From an uncultured bacterium (GTDB taxonomy: Bacteria > Planctomycetota > UBA1135 > UBA2386): 37,821 nt of DNA. The stretch lies in NCBI GenBank assembly GCA_965534055.1, contig CBESZZ010000001.1, positions 1-37,821 on the forward strand. Reading direction: 5' to 3'. Shown here in pieces: positions 25,904 through 33,845 of the stretch. A model generated the notes under the pieces. That model was not told where the DNA came from. It worked only from the letters and a program-made list of their open reading frames with translations, and made no database searches. The position numbers and the translations under genes were made by a program. The first letter of the stretch is position 1. Every line of letters begins with the position of its first letter.

Positions 25904-27264
25904 AGTACCACCTGACCATTCGTTTCGAAAACGACGTGAACGAACGGCGTTGGTTCGACCAAGAACGGATTGGTCTAGGCGCACACCCGGACAACGATGT
26001 TGTCTTGCCGCACGATGAGGTTTCCCGACGGCACGCTTGGATCGAACGAAGGGGCTCCACGTTCAAGCTGCTCGATCAGGACAGCACGAACGGCACTGAA
26101 CTGAATGGTTCACCAATCGTGGCCGACCACGCGTTGCCGCTCGCACACGGCGATTCCATCCAAATTGGGCCGTACGCGCTGATCTTCGAGTGCCCCGACG
26201 CAGAGGCACCCTTCGACACCGTGCGCGTCGTCGATCCGGAACGGGCAGCTGCACGGGTGCGCGCGGGGCTCTTGCGGCGGCACGCAGAACTCATCGAGAC
26301 GTCGCCGTCCCGCCGTGAGGTGTTGCTGCAAGCACACCTGGAAGAAGCGCTCTCCGCGCACCGCGACGCGGTGAAGCTGGAGATCCTGAGCCGCCTCGGC
26401 AAATCGCTCACGGTGATCAGCGGAACAGCCACGAAGGATGCCGCAGAGGAGCGACGCTCTGACAGTGGAGACCGTCGCAAAGCGCTCAACACGAACTCAG
26501 ATGCCAAATCCAACGGCGTGTCGTCAGCGCGCACGCACGATGCAGCCGATCCCAACTCCGAACCAGGTGTCGGCCCACTAGCGCCCAGGACAACGCAGCG
26601 TCGCGAGGCTTCCTACGTCGCGAGCCAAGCGGCCATGGAACGTCTCGCCAGAAACCTCCTGGATCGCGAACTCACGTCGGAACGTCAGATCGAACGCTTC
26701 AGCCGCTGCATGGAAATCGTCGCGGAGACACTCTTTGAATGGCTTCCAGAGCTGTTGGCCACAAGGAAGCGACAGCAGGAACAGTTCGGCGTGGACCACC
26801 TCGACCTGCTCGAAGACGAGATATCCCCCGAGGATCAGCCATTGCAGAAGCTCTCACTTGATCCGAGCACGATGCGCCGACAGCTCTTGGAGCCAAGCCG
26901 CGACAAGGATCTCGCCGCGATGCGCACATCCTTGCGAACCGCGTTTCGCGACATTGCGGATCACCAAGCTGCCTTCCTGGCGGCCATGGAAGCGAGCACC
27001 AAAGCCCTGCTTCGCCGCATTTCGCCCAAGGCAATCAACGCGTCGGTTGGGGAAGCGCATTCCCGCGCAGCGCTGTGGGCAGGCGAGAAGTCACCGCAGT
27101 GGCGAGCCTTCGACCTGATGTTCACGCGGCTCCAAGCCGAAGGGCTCACCGACCAAGTGTTGCTGGAAGCGTTCCAGCGCGGCTACCTCGGTGCTCGACC
27201 CCTCAGCAGCCGAGCTGATGAGGGGTCGGACCAGGACGCTCCGCCAGCTGCGTCAGACGCCTAG
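25900..27264 (+). CDS. FHA-domain protein with a TagH-like (type VI secretion FHA protein-like) C-terminal domain
   Basis: FHA signature: IGLGAHPDNDVVLPHDEVSRRHAWIERRGSTFKLLDQDSTNGTELNG. The C-terminal region QPLQKLSLDPS...LRTAFRDIADHQAAFLAAMEASTKALLRRISP...WRAFDLMF...LLEAFQRGY resembles, from memory, the conserved TagH C-terminal module (NPLK ... HQ.A.laG ... fdP ... W..y ... F..aY). Confidence 0.8.
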   Translation: MKYHLTIRFENDVNERRWFDQERIGLGAHPDNDVVLPHDEVSRRHAWIERRGSTFKLLDQDSTNGTELNGSPIVADHALPLAHGDSIQIGPYALIFECPDAEAPFDTVRVVDPERAAARVRAGLLRRHAELIETSPSRREVLLQAHLEEALSAHRDAVKLEILSRLGKSLTVISGTATKDAAEERRSDSGDRRKALNTNSDAKSNGVSSARTHDAADPNSEPGVGPLAPRTTQRREASYVASQAAMERLARNLLDRELTSERQIERFSRCMEIVAETLFEWLPELLATRKRQQEQFGVDHLDLLEDEISPEDQPLQKLSLDPSTMRRQLLEPSRDKDLAAMRTSLRTAFRDIADHQAAFLAAMEASTKALLRRISPKAINASVGEAHSRAALWAGEKSPQWRAFDLMFTRLQAEGLTDQVLLEAFQRGYLGARPLSSRADEGSDQDAPPAASDA

Positions 27265-27320
27265 ATCGACAATTCGGGCGACGACCAAATCGTCCGCCTA
27301 GAGCGGCGTGACGTTGCCGA

Positions 27321-28061
27321 TCACACCGAACCGGCGTCCGCTTCAGCGCCGTCTGCACCCGAAGCGCCGGTATGCCAGCCGTCGAACGACTCGCCGAGTC
27401 CGTCCATGCGGGAACGCATGCATTGCTGCACGACTGCGCGGGCGCGTTTGTAGTCAGAGCGCAGGGTCGCTTCGGAACGCTGGCCCAACTCCGTGGAGAT
27501 CTCGGCAAACGCGAGCCCTTGGCGGCGCAGGGTGTAGACCCTGCGTGGGGTCTCGCCAAGCCGTTCGACACACTCCATTTCGGCCGCGTTGAGTTCACGG
27601 TGCCGGGCGAACATCGTGGGCGTCGGCGTGCGCTTGTCGGGGACTTGACCCATGAGGTCTTCCCCATCCTCGCCACCGATACGCTTCCGGTCGCCGCCGC
27701 GCTTCAGCGCTTTGTCCATGCGCGCTAGGTCGATCATGATGTTGTCGCCGACGCGGTAGAGCCAATTCCAAAACGTGCCGTCTTGGGTGGGGCGGTACTT
27801 GTCGAGTTCCAGAAGCACGCGAACCATGACGTCCATCAGGAAGTCGTCGAGTTCGTAGCCAAGAGGGAAGATGCGCCGGTGGCCGTAGCGCTTGCGGACG
27901 TGATGTTCGATCTTCTCTGACAGCCGACCCCACGCCGGTGCGCGTAGGTCGGAACGCGCGGACGACACCAAGTACTGGGTCGCATCGAGGGGATCAGCCG
28001 CGGCTCCTGCTTCGGACATGCGTTCGGAAGGACCGCTAGGTTTCTTGGGGTTGTCTCTCAT
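27321..28061 (-). CDS. ECF-like sigma-70 family factor with an N-terminal extension; no adjacent anti-sigma gene
   Basis: Region 2-like: DDFLMDVMVRVLLELDKYRPTQDGTFWNWLYRVGDNIMIDLAR. Region 4-like HTH: ETPRRVYTLRRQGLAFAEISTELGQRSEATLRSDYKRARAVV. An alternative ATG lies at 28017-28019. Confidence 0.8.
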   Translation of the reverse strand: MRDNPKKPSGPSERMSEAGAAADPLDATQYLVSSARSDLRAPAWGRLSEKIEHHVRKRYGHRRIFPLGYELDDFLMDVMVRVLLELDKYRPTQDGTFWNWLYRVGDNIMIDLARMDKALKRGGDRKRIGGEDGEDLMGQVPDKRTPTPTMFARHRELNAAEMECVERLGETPRRVYTLRRQGLAFAEISTELGQRSEATLRSDYKRARAVVQQCMRSRMDGLGESFDGWHTGASGADGAEADAGSV

Positions 28062-28205
28062 CGTGGCGTGTTCACCGTGCAGCGGCTCCAGCGCGAGTTT
28101 GGAACCTGCGTTCTGCTTTCGGGCGGGTTGCCCGAGAATGGCGGCTGCGAACGGTCAGGGAAGGGTACCTCGCCCGCGGCACTGGTCGCAAGCTAGACCC
28201 GGTGC

Positions 28206-28231
28206 AACGATTGGCGCCCGGACCGAGTTCC
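28206..28231 (-). promoter_or_regulatory. Candidate ECF-type promoter (GGAAC-N17-CGTT) facing the sigma gene
   Basis: On the minus strand: GGAAC (28231-28227), a 17-nt spacer, then CGTT (28209-28206). It lies about 145 nt upstream of the sigma start codon. This is a motif match only. Confidence 0.25.
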
Positions 28232-28232
28232 T

Positions 28233-28259
28233 TGCAACGCGTGCTCGATCCCTGACGTT
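28233..28259 (+). promoter_or_regulatory. Candidate ECF-like promoter (TGCAAC-N17-CGTT) facing the FG-GAP lipoprotein gene
   Basis: On the plus strand: TGCAAC (28233-28238), a 17-nt spacer, then CGTT (28256-28259). It sits back-to-back, 1 nt apart, with the minus-strand motif. The -35 element is less canonical. Confidence 0.2.
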
Positions 28260-28482
28260 TCTCAGCGGTTGGCCGGCGCTGAAGCTCATGCGTTCGGTTG
28301 CACCGCTGCGATGGGTATGCCACCCCGCGCTGCAACGCCGCGACTGGCGGGACGTTTCAGAGTGAGAGCGGCGGGCAACTGCCGCGAATGGCGGACCCTC
28401 TTGCGGTCTTCCGCACAACGAAATTTCAGTCCTCGACGCCCTGTATGGTCCGGCCTGACTCCCACCTCACGACCACCCCGTC

Positions 28483-31400
28483 ATGACGACTCGCACGGCG
28501 ACACAACCCACTTTCGCATCCACAGCCTCCAAAGCCGCCGGCCCCCATGTCGCGTGGTGCGGTCTAGCCGTTGCACTGGCCGGCCTGCTGGCCGGCTGCG
28601 GACCGGCTGCAATTGGCCTAGGCATTGGCAGCATCTCCGGGGACGACACGAACACAATCGGCGGTCCACCGGAAATCACCACGATCAACGTCACCAGCCC
28701 GGACCGTGGAACCAACCGCAACAAGCCCTGGCTCCGCGTGCCCATTCGCTTGCGGGTGGTGAACCGATTCGATCGGGAGGTCCGAGTCTTCGTTTCCGGT
28801 CGCTACCAGATCGACAACGTCCCCGCCGATCCGTCCGCTGCGTTTCCAATGACGCTGCGCGACGATGAGTCGGCGACCTCGACGACTTTCACACTCGCAC
28901 CGCGCGAGCAAACAGAGCGGTTCGTCATCTGGGATGTGCAGGCCGACGAGGGTTTGGGCATTGGTTTTGGCCCCGGGTTCCCAAGTCAGGTGGCACGACT
29001 GAACATGCAGCTCTCGCTGCTCGACGCCGTGGGCACCGTGCAGGAGATTTCGGACTTCTTCGAGCCAGCGCCGACCACGACGTTGTTCACGTCGCCGTTC
29101 GTCAACTTTTCGAACCTGCTTCTTCGCAACGAGACCGACTCGCCTCTGGACGTCGTGCAGCTCACCTCCAGCCGGCGCGACCAAAGCAACCAAACACTCG
29201 ACCTGTTCTGGAGCCGACCGGAGATCTACCCTGGCCAAACGTCGGTTCTCGGCACAGATCAGCAGTTCGCACCTCTGCCCATTCCGGCCCCGGATTCCGT
29301 CCAGTTCACGGACATCAGCGGTGCACCGACGTTCATTGGCTTCGTGCTGCCGACTGACTTTGTCCCCGGACTCCCGGACTGCTTGGTGAACACCAGCCGC
29401 GCCGGCATGAACTTCGTGAGTTGGAACGAAGATGGCACCGTGAACCCTCCGGTGCTCCAGCCCCAGGGTCCGGTGGGCAATGTCGCCAGCAACCAGCACA
29501 TGCCAGGGCGTCGCGTGGTGCTCCACGACAGCGCGGGCAACCCGCAAGGCGCTGCGCTGCGCGTGCAGTTCGATCAGCGCATCGAAAACGGACAGCGGTT
29601 CTTGAGGGTCCACCCCAACGTGTTCATTCCGAACGCGAACGGTACAATTTGGACGCGGCACTTGCCTGAGGGCCCCGTCGCGGCGACGTACGAGCGAGCG
29701 ATCCCAGACGAGACGCCGGGTCTTCCGCCTAGTCTGCGTGGCGTGTTGGGCGAGTTCGATGGCGACCCCCTCACGGTGGACTACCTGGTGTTCTCGCCGG
29801 GCACTGAATTCTCGGATCCCAATGCGCCGGAGGGTTGGTTCCACATCATCAGCTTTGCGATCGATGGGTCGGGAGGCGTGAACTTCCGTGAGCCAACGCC
29901 CATCCCGATTCCGCCACTCATCGACGGCGGAAGCACCCCGCGATCCACCACCTTCACGAGCTGGTTGATCAGGCTCTGGCCGACATCCGACAACCGGCCC
30001 GGCGTGGTGCTCGCGCGTCGTTGGCCCAATCAGTCCGCCCAAACCAACCTGGAGTATTCGCTGCACGTTCTCGCGCAGGATCCGAACGGTGGGTTCGCCG
30101 GCCAGAGTTGGGCACCCATGGATTGGGAACCGGTCATCTGCCCAGGACGCGACCCGGTCAACGTGCCGAGCGATCGCGGGATTCTGTGCCGTGAAAGCAT
30201 CACAGGCGCTGGCCAAGCACCGTTCATCAACGAGCTATTGCCCGGTGACCTCGACGACGACGGCAAGCCGGAGCTGGTCGTGGTATGGGGCAAGAACGAC
30301 GGTGCGTCAGAACGACTCTCGGTCACGTTGCTCGCGAACCGCGCAAACCGCGCACCGGTCTGGCGCACGGTGCTCGATGGTTTGCTCCCTTCCGACCTCG
30401 ATCAGAACGGCACCGCGTTCCTGAAGCTCGCTCCCGGCGCGACCCAGTTGGTCGACCTCAACGGCGACGCCGCGCTCGACCTTCTGTTCAAGACGGAGCA
30501 GGCGCCCAACTCTGGATTGCTGAACGGGTGGACCTACTTCTCCTCTTCGCTCACCGGCGTCGGCGGCGACCTGTTGGCACTGCCTCAGTCCGCATCGCTC
30601 ACCGAGTCCACGCGTCCTGCGGTCGACGACCTGGACAAGGATGGCTACATGGACATTCTGTCCGGCGGCACCATCCATCTAGGTCAGCCTGACGGCTCCT
30701 ACCGTCAAAGCCAGGGCACGGGCCTTACGTGGTTCCCGAGCACGGCTTCGCGGTTCGAGCAAATCTTCGACCCGAACGTGGATCGTTCGGATCAAATCGA
30801 AGTCACGCTGAGCGACCGCGATCAGCCTGTACGCTCGGAGGTCAACCAGGTCGTGACATTCCGCACGTTGACGAGCGGAGGCTTCGCAGTGGAGAACCGC
30901 ACGCCATTTGACGTCCCGTCTGGAATGGCGGTCGTCGAAGCGTGGCCGTTCTTGCCTAAGGGTCGCGTCGGCCCCGGCACGAGCAAGGACCTCGCCCTGC
31001 TCACCGAACCCGCCGGAAACCCCGGTGCAAGCCGAGCACTCTGGCGATTCCACCGCGTCGGCAACCGATTCACATCGGTGAGCTCCACTCCGCTGCAGGA
31101 TGGTCTCGCAGTCATGGGAGGTCGTGGCAGCGGCGGCATCGCGGTGGTGCGACGCGGCATGCTTGAGGAAGACTGCGACCCGTCGCGCAACCGCATCGTG
31201 CAGGACATCGCGTTTGCGGCCGACGATCCCGCGCGCGTCTTCGTCGCGGACAGTGACAACGACTACGCCCCGTTCCTTTTGATCTCCGGCCTCCCCGGGG
31301 ACACGATTGAAGGAATCGGCGCAGCCGAAGTCACCGGCGACGGCCACGAAGACATTCTCGTCTTGGTGCGCAACGCGAACACCATGCAGCTCTACCGCGC

Positions 31401-31764
31401 GGCACAGGATCCGCAGACCGGCTTCCGCGGCAACGTGGACATCCGCAAGATCCTCGAGTTCAGAGAACCGACCACGTTCCGCGGCACGCCGAGCTTGCTC
31501 GGATTCGCGTTTGATCGCAATCGCGGCATGCTGGGCCAAGGGATCGTGATGACCAATTCCGAGATTCGCTTCGTGCTCCCTCAGGGCCCGGGCGACGCGC
31601 TCATGGTGCGCTCTCAGGTTCCGCCGCTACCCGCCGGTTTCCAGCTGAGCCCGCTCTCGCTCGTGCTCGAAGACCTCGACAACGACGGTTTGGTCGACGT
31701 GGTTGGTGGCAATGAAGAGGGCAGCCTGGTGCAGATCGAACGGGCGTTCCGGTCAAGCCGGTAG
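28483..31764 (+). CDS. Large FG-GAP/VCBS (integrin-alpha-like) repeat lipoprotein
   Basis: Signal peptide and lipobox: GLAVALAGLLAGC. Ca-binding-type FG-GAP loops: DLDDDGKPELVVVWG, DLNGDAALDLLF, DLDKDGYMDILSGG, EVTGDGHEDILVLV and DLDNDGLVDVVGG. Confidence 0.85.
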   Translation: MTTRTATQPTFASTASKAAGPHVAWCGLAVALAGLLAGCGPAAIGLGIGSISGDDTNTIGGPPEITTINVTSPDRGTNRNKPWLRVPIRLRVVNRFDREVRVFVSGRYQIDNVPADPSAAFPMTLRDDESATSTTFTLAPREQTERFVIWDVQADEGLGIGFGPGFPSQVARLNMQLSLLDAVGTVQEISDFFEPAPTTTLFTSPFVNFSNLLLRNETDSPLDVVQLTSSRRDQSNQTLDLFWSRPEIYPGQTSVLGTDQQFAPLPIPAPDSVQFTDISGAPTFIGFVLPTDFVPGLPDCLVNTSRAGMNFVSWNEDGTVNPPVLQPQGPVGNVASNQHMPGRRVVLHDSAGNPQGAALRVQFDQRIENGQRFLRVHPNVFIPNANGTIWTRHLPEGPVAATYERAIPDETPGLPPSLRGVLGEFDGDPLTVDYLVFSPGTEFSDPNAPEGWFHIISFAIDGSGGVNFREPTPIPIPPLIDGGSTPRSTTFTSWLIRLWPTSDNRPGVVLARRWPNQSAQTNLEYSLHVLAQDPNGGFAGQSWAPMDWEPVICPGRDPVNVPSDRGILCRESITGAGQAPFINELLPGDLDDDGKPELVVVWGKNDGASERLSVTLLANRANRAPVWRTVLDGLLPSDLDQNGTAFLKLAPGATQLVDLNGDAALDLLFKTEQAPNSGLLNGWTYFSSSLTGVGGDLLALPQSASLTESTRPAVDDLDKDGYMDILSGGTIHLGQPDGSYRQSQGTGLTWFPSTASRFEQIFDPNVDRSDQIEVTLSDRDQPVRSEVNQVVTFRTLTSGGFAVENRTPFDVPSGMAVVEAWPFLPKGRVGPGTSKDLALLTEPAGNPGASRALWRFHRVGNRFTSVSSTPLQDGLAVMGGRGSGGIAVVRRGMLEEDCDPSRNRIVQDIAFAADDPARVFVADSDNDYAPFLLISGLPGDTIEGIGAAEVTGDGHEDILVLVRNANTMQLYRAAQDPQTGFRGNVDIRKILEFREPTTFRGTPSLLGFAFDRNRGMLGQGIVMTNSEIRFVLPQGPGDALMVRSQVPPLPAGFQLSPLSLVLEDLDNDGLVDVVGGNEEGSLVQIERAFRSSR

Positions 31765-31787
31765 TTCGCACTCAGAGCCGAACCGCC

Positions 31788-32549
31788 CTACCTGAACCCA
31801 CCGCCGTCGATGCCGATCACCTGCCCAGTGATGTAACTCGCGGCGGGAGACGCCAAGAATGCGACGAGTTCGGCGACTTCTTCGGGGAGTCCCACTCGCC
31901 GCATCGGGATGCGCTGCACCAGTTCGCGGGGGACGTCCGCGATCATGTCCGTTTCGATCAAACCGGGTGCGATGGCGTTCACTGTGATCTTGCGCTTCGC
32001 GAGCTCTTCGGCGAGCGACTTGGTGGCGCCGAGAATGCCAGCCTTCGCAGCGGCGTAGTTCGACTGGCCGCGGTTGCCTTGTACGGCTGAGATTGAGGAC
32101 AGGTTGACGATGCGCCCCCACCGCTCGCCGATCATCGGCATCATCAGCGGACGGGTCACGTGAAAAAACCCATCAAGCGTGGTACGCACCACGGCATCCC
32201 AGTCCTCGAACTTCATTCCGGGGAACGGCGCATCGCGCGTGATGCCCGCGTTGTTTACCAGCACGCCGATCGGCAATGCATCGTCCAACAGGTCCGCCAA
32301 GGCGTCGCTGGTGGCATCCCGATCCGCGACGTCGAACTGCACGGCTGTCGCGGAACCACCGGCATCAGCAATCGCACCGACGACCGACTCTGCGGCCTCC
32401 TTGTCGCTACGGTAATTGACGATCACTGGATGGCCGACAGCAGCGAGCTTCTTGGCGATCGCAGCACCGATACCACGGCTCGCCCCCGTGACGAGTGCGC
32501 GAACGCTGCGGACATCAGGCCCGGAGAGTGGATCGCTCGTAGAGACCAT
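31788..32549 (-). CDS. fabG: Short-chain dehydrogenase/reductase, 3-oxoacyl-ACP reductase (FabG)-like
   Basis: [12 protein letters not shown] (TGxxxGxG), NNAGI, and [21 protein letters not shown] (S...YxxxK). ATG at 32547-32549, 1 nt after the LemA stop. Whether this is the housekeeping FabG or a FabG-related paralogue is not resolved. Confidence 0.85.
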   Translation of the reverse strand: MVSTSDPLSGPDVRSVRALVTGASRGIGAAIAKKLAAVGHPVIVNYRSDKEAAESVVGAIADAGGSATAVQFDVADRDATSDALADLLDDALPIGVLVNNAGITRDAPFPGMKFEDWDAVVRTTLDGFFHVTRPLMMPMIGERWGRIVNLSSISAVQGNRGQSNYAAAKAGILGATKSLAEELAKRKITVNAIAPGLIETDMIADVPRELVQRIPMRRVGLPEEVAELVAFLASPAASYITGQVIGIDGGGFR

Positions 32550-32550
32550 G

Positions 32551-33111
32551 TCAGTGAAAGTCAGGCCGAGGAACGACGCGCTCAGCGTCGTTGCTGAGTT
32601 CAAAGAACTCGGCATCCTTGAAGCCGAACATGTTCGCGACGATCGAAGTCGGGAACGACTCACGCAGGTTGCGCAGCTCACGGACGTTGCCGTTCAAGAA
32701 GCGACGCGCCGCGGCGATACGATCCTCGGTCAATGCGAGCTCCTCCTGCAGAGCCAAGAAGTGCTGATCTGACTTCAGGTCTGGATAGCCCTCGACGACC
32801 GCGAACAGCTGCTTCATCCCGAGCATGAGCGCCGTCTCAGCCCCCGACCGACTCGCGGGTGCGCCGCCCTGTGAGTGCGCCTCGTTGCGAAGCTCCACGA
32901 TGCGTGTCAGCAGCGATGCTTCATGGGCGGCGAAGCCTTTCACCGTTGAGACGAGGTTTGGGATCAAGTCATGCCGACGTTTGAGCTCGACGTCGATATC
33001 CGAGGAACTCTCCTCGATGTGGTTGCGCAACCGGACGAACCGGTTGTAGGCAACGATGAGCCAGATCAGCAACAGCAGCCCGACACCCAGGCCAATCCAT
33101 AGTGCAGTCAT
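32551..33111 (-). CDS. lemA: LemA family membrane protein
   Basis: N-terminal TM helix [20 protein letters not shown], followed by the LemA signature [43 protein letters not shown]. The ATG at 33109-33111 overlaps the upstream stop as ATGA. Confidence 0.9.
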   Translation of the reverse strand: MTALWIGLGVGLLLLIWLIVAYNRFVRLRNHIEESSSDIDVELKRRHDLIPNLVSTVKGFAAHEASLLTRIVELRNEAHSQGGAPASRSGAETALMLGMKQLFAVVEGYPDLKSDQHFLALQEELALTEDRIAAARRFLNGNVRELRNLRESFPTSIVANMFGFKDAEFFELSNDAERVVPRPDFH

Positions 33112-33845
33112 GAGGTGTGCTCCTGTGCGGAGCCGAGGAGGTCTGCTTGAAGATGGCGAGGCCAGAGCTCCAGAAATGCCAACGCCGCGCCAGCGTGCTT
33201 GGCGTAGTCCTCGGGCTTCCAGCGGCCCCCGCCATCGGTAATCAACAACCCATCGCCGTCCACCTGGATCTTGAGTGGTCGCTCCTTCAGCAGGAACTCC
33301 ATCATCGGCGCGTGGCACAGGTCGTAGGCAAATCGCTTGTCTTTCGACGTCACGTGAAAGGCCTTACTGAACTCCACCGACTCGAAATCAATGTCGTCGA
33401 ATCCAATTGCGGAAGCGATGCGGTCGAAGAAGTGCTCTTTGCGAATCACCACCTGCGGCGCGGAGAACGGCAAGGTGAAGTAGCCGAAGCTGAAGTTGTG
33501 GTGCGTTGTCGTCGTGTTGCCCTTGCTGTCCGTCGACTGCGTCTTGTACTGAAACTCGCCCAAAATCGTCGGCAAGGAATGGCCTAGCGCTTCCATCGAA
33601 CCCGTGAAGAGATTCGACGCACTCTGACCGAACCCCTGCTTAAACTCGGCAAACTGCGCCAACTCATCGTTGTGAGCATCGGTTCGTTTCGGATCGAATC
33701 GTAGGCCAAGCTTTTCCGCCGCTGCCAGCAACGCCGCACGCCGCTTCTTGGCCGCTTTGTGCCCGAAGTAAACCGCCACCCCGATCAGCGCGACGACACC
33801 CACGATGATCATCACGACAGTCGCTGTGTCTACAGCAGCAATCAT
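33108..33845 (-). CDS. Single-pass membrane protein, DUF3137-like (the type often paired with LemA)
   Basis: N-terminal TM helix VVMIIVGVVALIGVAVYF. The central segment FESVEFSKAFHVTSKDKRFAYDLCHAPMMEFLL matches my recollection of the DUF3137 core (EF.k.F.V.s.d...a..ll.p.lme.l). ATGA overlaps are present at both ends. Confidence 0.6.
   Translation of the reverse strand: MIAAVDTATVVMIIVGVVALIGVAVYFGHKAAKKRRAALLAAAEKLGLRFDPKRTDAHNDELAQFAEFKQGFGQSASNLFTGSMEALGHSLPTILGEFQYKTQSTDSKGNTTTTHHNFSFGYFTLPFSAPQVVIRKEHFFDRIASAIGFDDIDFESVEFSKAFHVTSKDKRFAYDLCHAPMMEFLLKERPLKIQVDGDGLLITDGGGRWKPEDYAKHAGAALAFLELWPRHLQADLLGSAQEHTS

Noticed and set aside
27273-27297. An imperfect hairpin (GCGACGA-ccaaa-TCGTCCGC) between the FHA and sigma genes.
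   Set aside because: The stem is short and bulged and lacks a U-tract. It is not distinguishable from chance in GC-rich sequence.
24839-28061. Calling this region a type VI secretion locus because of the TagH-like FHA protein.
   Set aside because: No TssA-M, Hcp, VgrG, ClpV or PppA-like genes are present in the window, so only the FHA protein itself resembles a T6SS component.
28018-28418. Small ORFs in the sigma/FG-GAP intergenic region as candidate anti-sigma factors.
   Set aside because: They overlap the sigma start or each other, lack a TM helix or zf-HC2 motif, and have shadow-frame composition.
28618-30216. A 532-aa ORF antisense to the FG-GAP lipoprotein gene.
   Set aside because: It has typical GC-rich shadow-frame composition (R/A/G/V/H-rich), no motifs and no sensible start context. 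The sense frame carries clear FG-GAP repeats.
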